Positions 60,638 through 64,000 of a stretch of DNA of 64,000 nucleotides are shown here, in pieces. Position numbers and translations under genes: made by a program. This stretch comes from the human T2T-CHM13v2.0 reference genome, Homo sapiens: assembly GCF_009914755.1 (NCBI RefSeq), contig NC_060933.1, one strand, 5' to 3'. The notes under the pieces are model-generated. The model saw only the letters and a program-made list of their open reading frames with translations. It had not been told where the DNA came from and did no database searches. Numbering within the stretch: the stretch's first letter is position 1; every line of letters begins with the position of its first letter.

Positions 60638-63600
60638 ATTTTGTCAATGAGGATGGAAAGTTGACAGATAAATGACTTAATGGAAGAGGATAGGTGAGGG
60701 TCTTTGGAAGAACTGATAGGATTTGAGGTAAGTCCATAAATGCAGAAAACATGGTGAGCAAATTGTATGGTCAATTGTGTAATAATAAGCAGCCCTCTAC
60801 TTTATTGACTATTAATTATAAGGAAGTGGGAGGTAATTATAGGCCAAATACCAGAAAGCAGTTTTTTCAACAAATGTCCTCTTTCTGTTAACTCTCCTCT
60901 GGCAGGAAAAAAAGGTCCTCCTCACTAATTTGATGGTCATCTTCAAATCTTCCCCATAATACATACTGAGTACTCAGAAGGTCCAAAGCCCTTTCAAAAA
61001 ACATTTATAGAGTTGTGTACCTACATCGAACATGCCGTAACGGAAATTTGTGACCACTATGTACAGAAATAAGGTGAATTAGAACTTTGTTTCTATTGGA
61101 AAATAAGAGGTAGAGAGCACAAGATTTGTTAAGAATAAATAATTAGAGCTGGGCTGTCTTGCAACTCAGTCCCATTCCGCAGTCTATCATGACAACTTCA
61201 GATCTACTCAGAGAAAAAATTAAGTCTTCAGTCTCAGAGTTTGTTTCTTTGTTTGTTTTCCTGCAATGGCCCTTGCTGCTCTAAGGGAGATTTGGCTCCA
61301 TCAGGAAGATTTTCTTGAAATAGACAAACTCCCATCACAAACCATAGATGAGGCATTGATAATATTCATGTTGAGTTTAAAATACTGAGAAACTGATTCA
61401 AATAAATCTTGATAAATTTGCAATCATCCTCATTTTCATTGAAAACCCCTATAGCCCTTAGGTTAAACTGTGGTAAAAGCCTAAGATAAATTTTCATTAC
61501 AATGAGGCAAAAATATGCTTCCATTTAAAGTAGATTCCCTAAGAAATGTCACTACTGTGCAAGACTCCTGAGTTAGTTAAAGGGTACAAACCCTACAGTT
61601 TCATGCAGAAAACAGTATGACTGTGACTGTGGAGTCAAGGGGTCTCCAAAGCTAAAATAGATGATATCAGTAATGATAATCTTGCCACTGGCTGACTTTG
61701 AGAAGATTGAATACAGTAAAAAAAAGTTTTTGTTGACCTGAAAGTAGCTGCTGAACTGATTGAGAAATAAAGTAAATGAGACTTGCTTAATGACATGAAA
61801 CTGATTCTTCTTTTATGTACCCTGATGACTCACTCCCTCTTTTCCCTAACTATAGCTGCTGTAAAGAAAAAGACAATTAGGAATGAAGATGACATCTTTC
61901 TGTCTTCATGAGTGATCTAGAGTCATATGAAACTGTTAAAATATTCTGGGGAATTTCTGAGAAGGGATAAATTCAAACTTTTAATTTCTTTTGGATATAA
62001 ACACACAAGCCACCATTTTACTAGGTTCCATGAGGAATAGGGTACCTAGATTGAGCTAATGAGGTTTGATCAACATTCACAGAAGCTAAAATACCTTGTG
62101 GTAGGGCACTTGGTGTCAATTCAATGCACTGCTGATATTTCCACTTCTGAATGGGTAGGAGGAATTGGTGTTTTGTCCTTGTACCTCCCTGTCCCATAAA
62201 TGCCAAAGGGGATTTCCTCATTTGAAAATAATTTGTACAGACAGAACTGTTAATAGAACATGAATAACTAAAATCCTTGTTGTTTGCCATGAGGGAGTGT
62301 GTTAGGACTTAACACGAGTGCTTCTGCCTGTTGACATGCAAAGTGTTTACTATAGGAATACTATTCACTGGGTTAGCAATTAAGAAGTTTCAGTCTCAGT
62401 GGAACTGGCTGCAGTGTTAACATAGCTGCACTAGAAAGAATGGTTGATAAACCCCAGCCAAATTCAGATGACTACTAACCAAGTAAAATTTCTTGGCATT
62501 ATATGGGCAGATTCATAATACCCAATCTTTTCAGTAGTCAACAAAAGTATTGCAGTGTTTTTGCCTCCACCACCAAAAAGGAGACCCAGAATCTTATTGG
62601 GCTCTGTGTATTGAAGACAGTGTGTGCCTCATTTGAGCATTTTATTTAATCATTTATATTAGCTAAATTACTTATCAGAATTCTTTGAGTGAAGTCCAAA
62701 CCAACAGGTGTTGTGGGAAGTCAGGGACCCCGAATGGAGGAAACGGCCAGAACTGCAGCAGAAGAACATAAATTGTGAAGATTTCATGGACATTTATCAG
62801 TTCCCCAAATTAATACTTTTATAATTTCTTACACCTGTCTTTACTGCAGTCTCTGAACATAAATTGTGAAGATTTCATGGACATTTATCACACCCTAATA
62901 ATACTCTTATAATTTCTTATGCCTGTCTTTACTTTAATCTCTTAATCCCATTATCTTCATAAGCTGAGAATGTATGTCACCTCAGGACCACTGTTGTACA
63001 AATTGATTGTAAAACATGTGTGTTTGAACGGTATGAAATCAGTGCACCTTGAAAAAGAACAGAATAACAGTGATTTTCAGGGAACATGGGAATATAACCA
63101 TAAGGTATGACTTCCTGCGGGGTTGGGCAGAATACAGCCATATTTTTCTTCTTGCAGAGAGCCTATAAATGGACGTGCAAGTAAGAGAGATATCGCTGAA
63201 TTCCTTTCCCAGCAAGGAATACCCTGGGGAAGGAAGACATTCCTTGGGGGAGGTCTATAAAAGGCCGCTCTGGGAGTGTCTGTCTTATGCAGTTGAGATA
63301 AAGACTGAAATACGCCCTGGTCTCCTGTAGTACCCTCAGGCTTACTAGGATTGAGAAATTCCAGCCTGGTAAATTTTTGTCGGACCAGTTCTCTGCTCTC
63401 GAATCCTGTTTCCTGTTAAGATGTTTATCAAGACAATGCATGCACAGCGGGACATAGACCCTCATCAGCAATTTTAATTTTGCCCTTTGCCTTGTGATCT
63501 TTATTGCCCTTTGAAGCATATGGTTTTTGTGACCTATTCCCTGTTTGTACACCCCCTCCCCTTTTAAAATCCCTAATAAAAACTTGCTGGTTTTGCAGCT

Positions 63601-64000
63601 CAGAGGGACATCACAAACCTACCAATATGTGATGACACTCCTGGAGGCCCAGCTGTAAAATTCCTGTCTTTGTACTCTTTATTTCTCAGACTGGCTGACA
63701 CTTAGGGAAAATAGAAAGAACCTACATTGAAATAGTGGGGGTGCTGGTTCTCCTGATAAACAGGCTATTTTAGAAGCTGCTAAACGAGCTGTGGTATACT
63801 TTCTAAGTTTGGGTCCCCTGATAGCAGTATCCCCTTAAAGCCCAAATCTCTGTAACTGATGATTTTGTGGGCTGTGCCCTTTAGCAAAGGAAGGAAACCT
63901 TCAACCAGTGGTATCCCTTATCTAAGGCAAGTGTAAGTGCTAATGCTTTATTAGTAGCTTCAATCTTAGGACAGTGAAAATGAAAGGCCTAGAAGACAGA
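60638..64000 (+). mobile_element. Decayed ERV-L internal region (HERVL40-like gag/pro/pol), interrupted by MER11 and running off the window
   Basis: PBS-like sequence after the LTR. RT remnants: TGGTTGATAAACCCC (WLINP), CAAGTAAAATTTCTTGGCATTATATGG (QVKFLGIIW), ACCACCAAAAAGGAG..CTTATTGGGCTC (TTKKE..LIGL). Confidence 0.7.
62709..63758 (+). mobile_element. MER11 (MER11C-like) solo LTR of HERV-K11/HML-8
   Basis: TGTTGTGGGAAGTCAGGGACCCC start, 1050 bp, ends CCTGATA. Perfect 6-bp TSD AACAGG at 62703-62708 and 63759-63764. Confidence 0.95.

Noticed and set aside
62764-62935. ~90-bp tandem duplication (GAACATAAATTGTGAAGATTTCATGGACATTTATCA twice) as a CRISPR-like or novel repeat
   Set aside because: Only two units, the intervening parts are homologous, and it is an intrinsic part of the MER11 LTR as I recall the consensus.
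63163-63552. 129-aa minus-strand ORF
   Set aside because: Lies entirely antisense within the MER11 LTR and has no recognisable domain.

Overview
AT-rich, repeat-dense primate (most likely human) genomic DNA that looks like an intergenic gene desert or a very large intron. I find no supportable host protein-coding gene, rRNA, tRNA or CRISPR array. Every ORF with a recognisable product is a broken piece of LINE-1 ORF1/ORF2 or an Alu/LTR read-through. Main contents: about 12 Alus; a near full-length L1MA element (13147-20118, minus); two L1PA elements with twin-priming 5' inversions; a complete MaLR provirus interrupted by a young L1PA; two decayed ERV-L proviruses (LTR16-type and LTR40-type, the latter carrying a MER11 solo LTR); solo LTRs (MER50, THE1, MLT1B, LTR37-like); DNA transposon relics (MER6, MER20, Tigger3, MER44, Kanga1); MIRs and microsatellites. 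Family names come from recalled consensus sequences, not from a database search, so subfamily calls are provisional. The best candidate for something functional is a ~1.25 kb island with no recognisable repeat (51230-52480), which has splice-site-like signals and a symmetric homeodomain-motif cluster. I do not see evidence for a previously undescribed biological system; the findings are mostly mechanistic curiosities and testable regulatory candidates.
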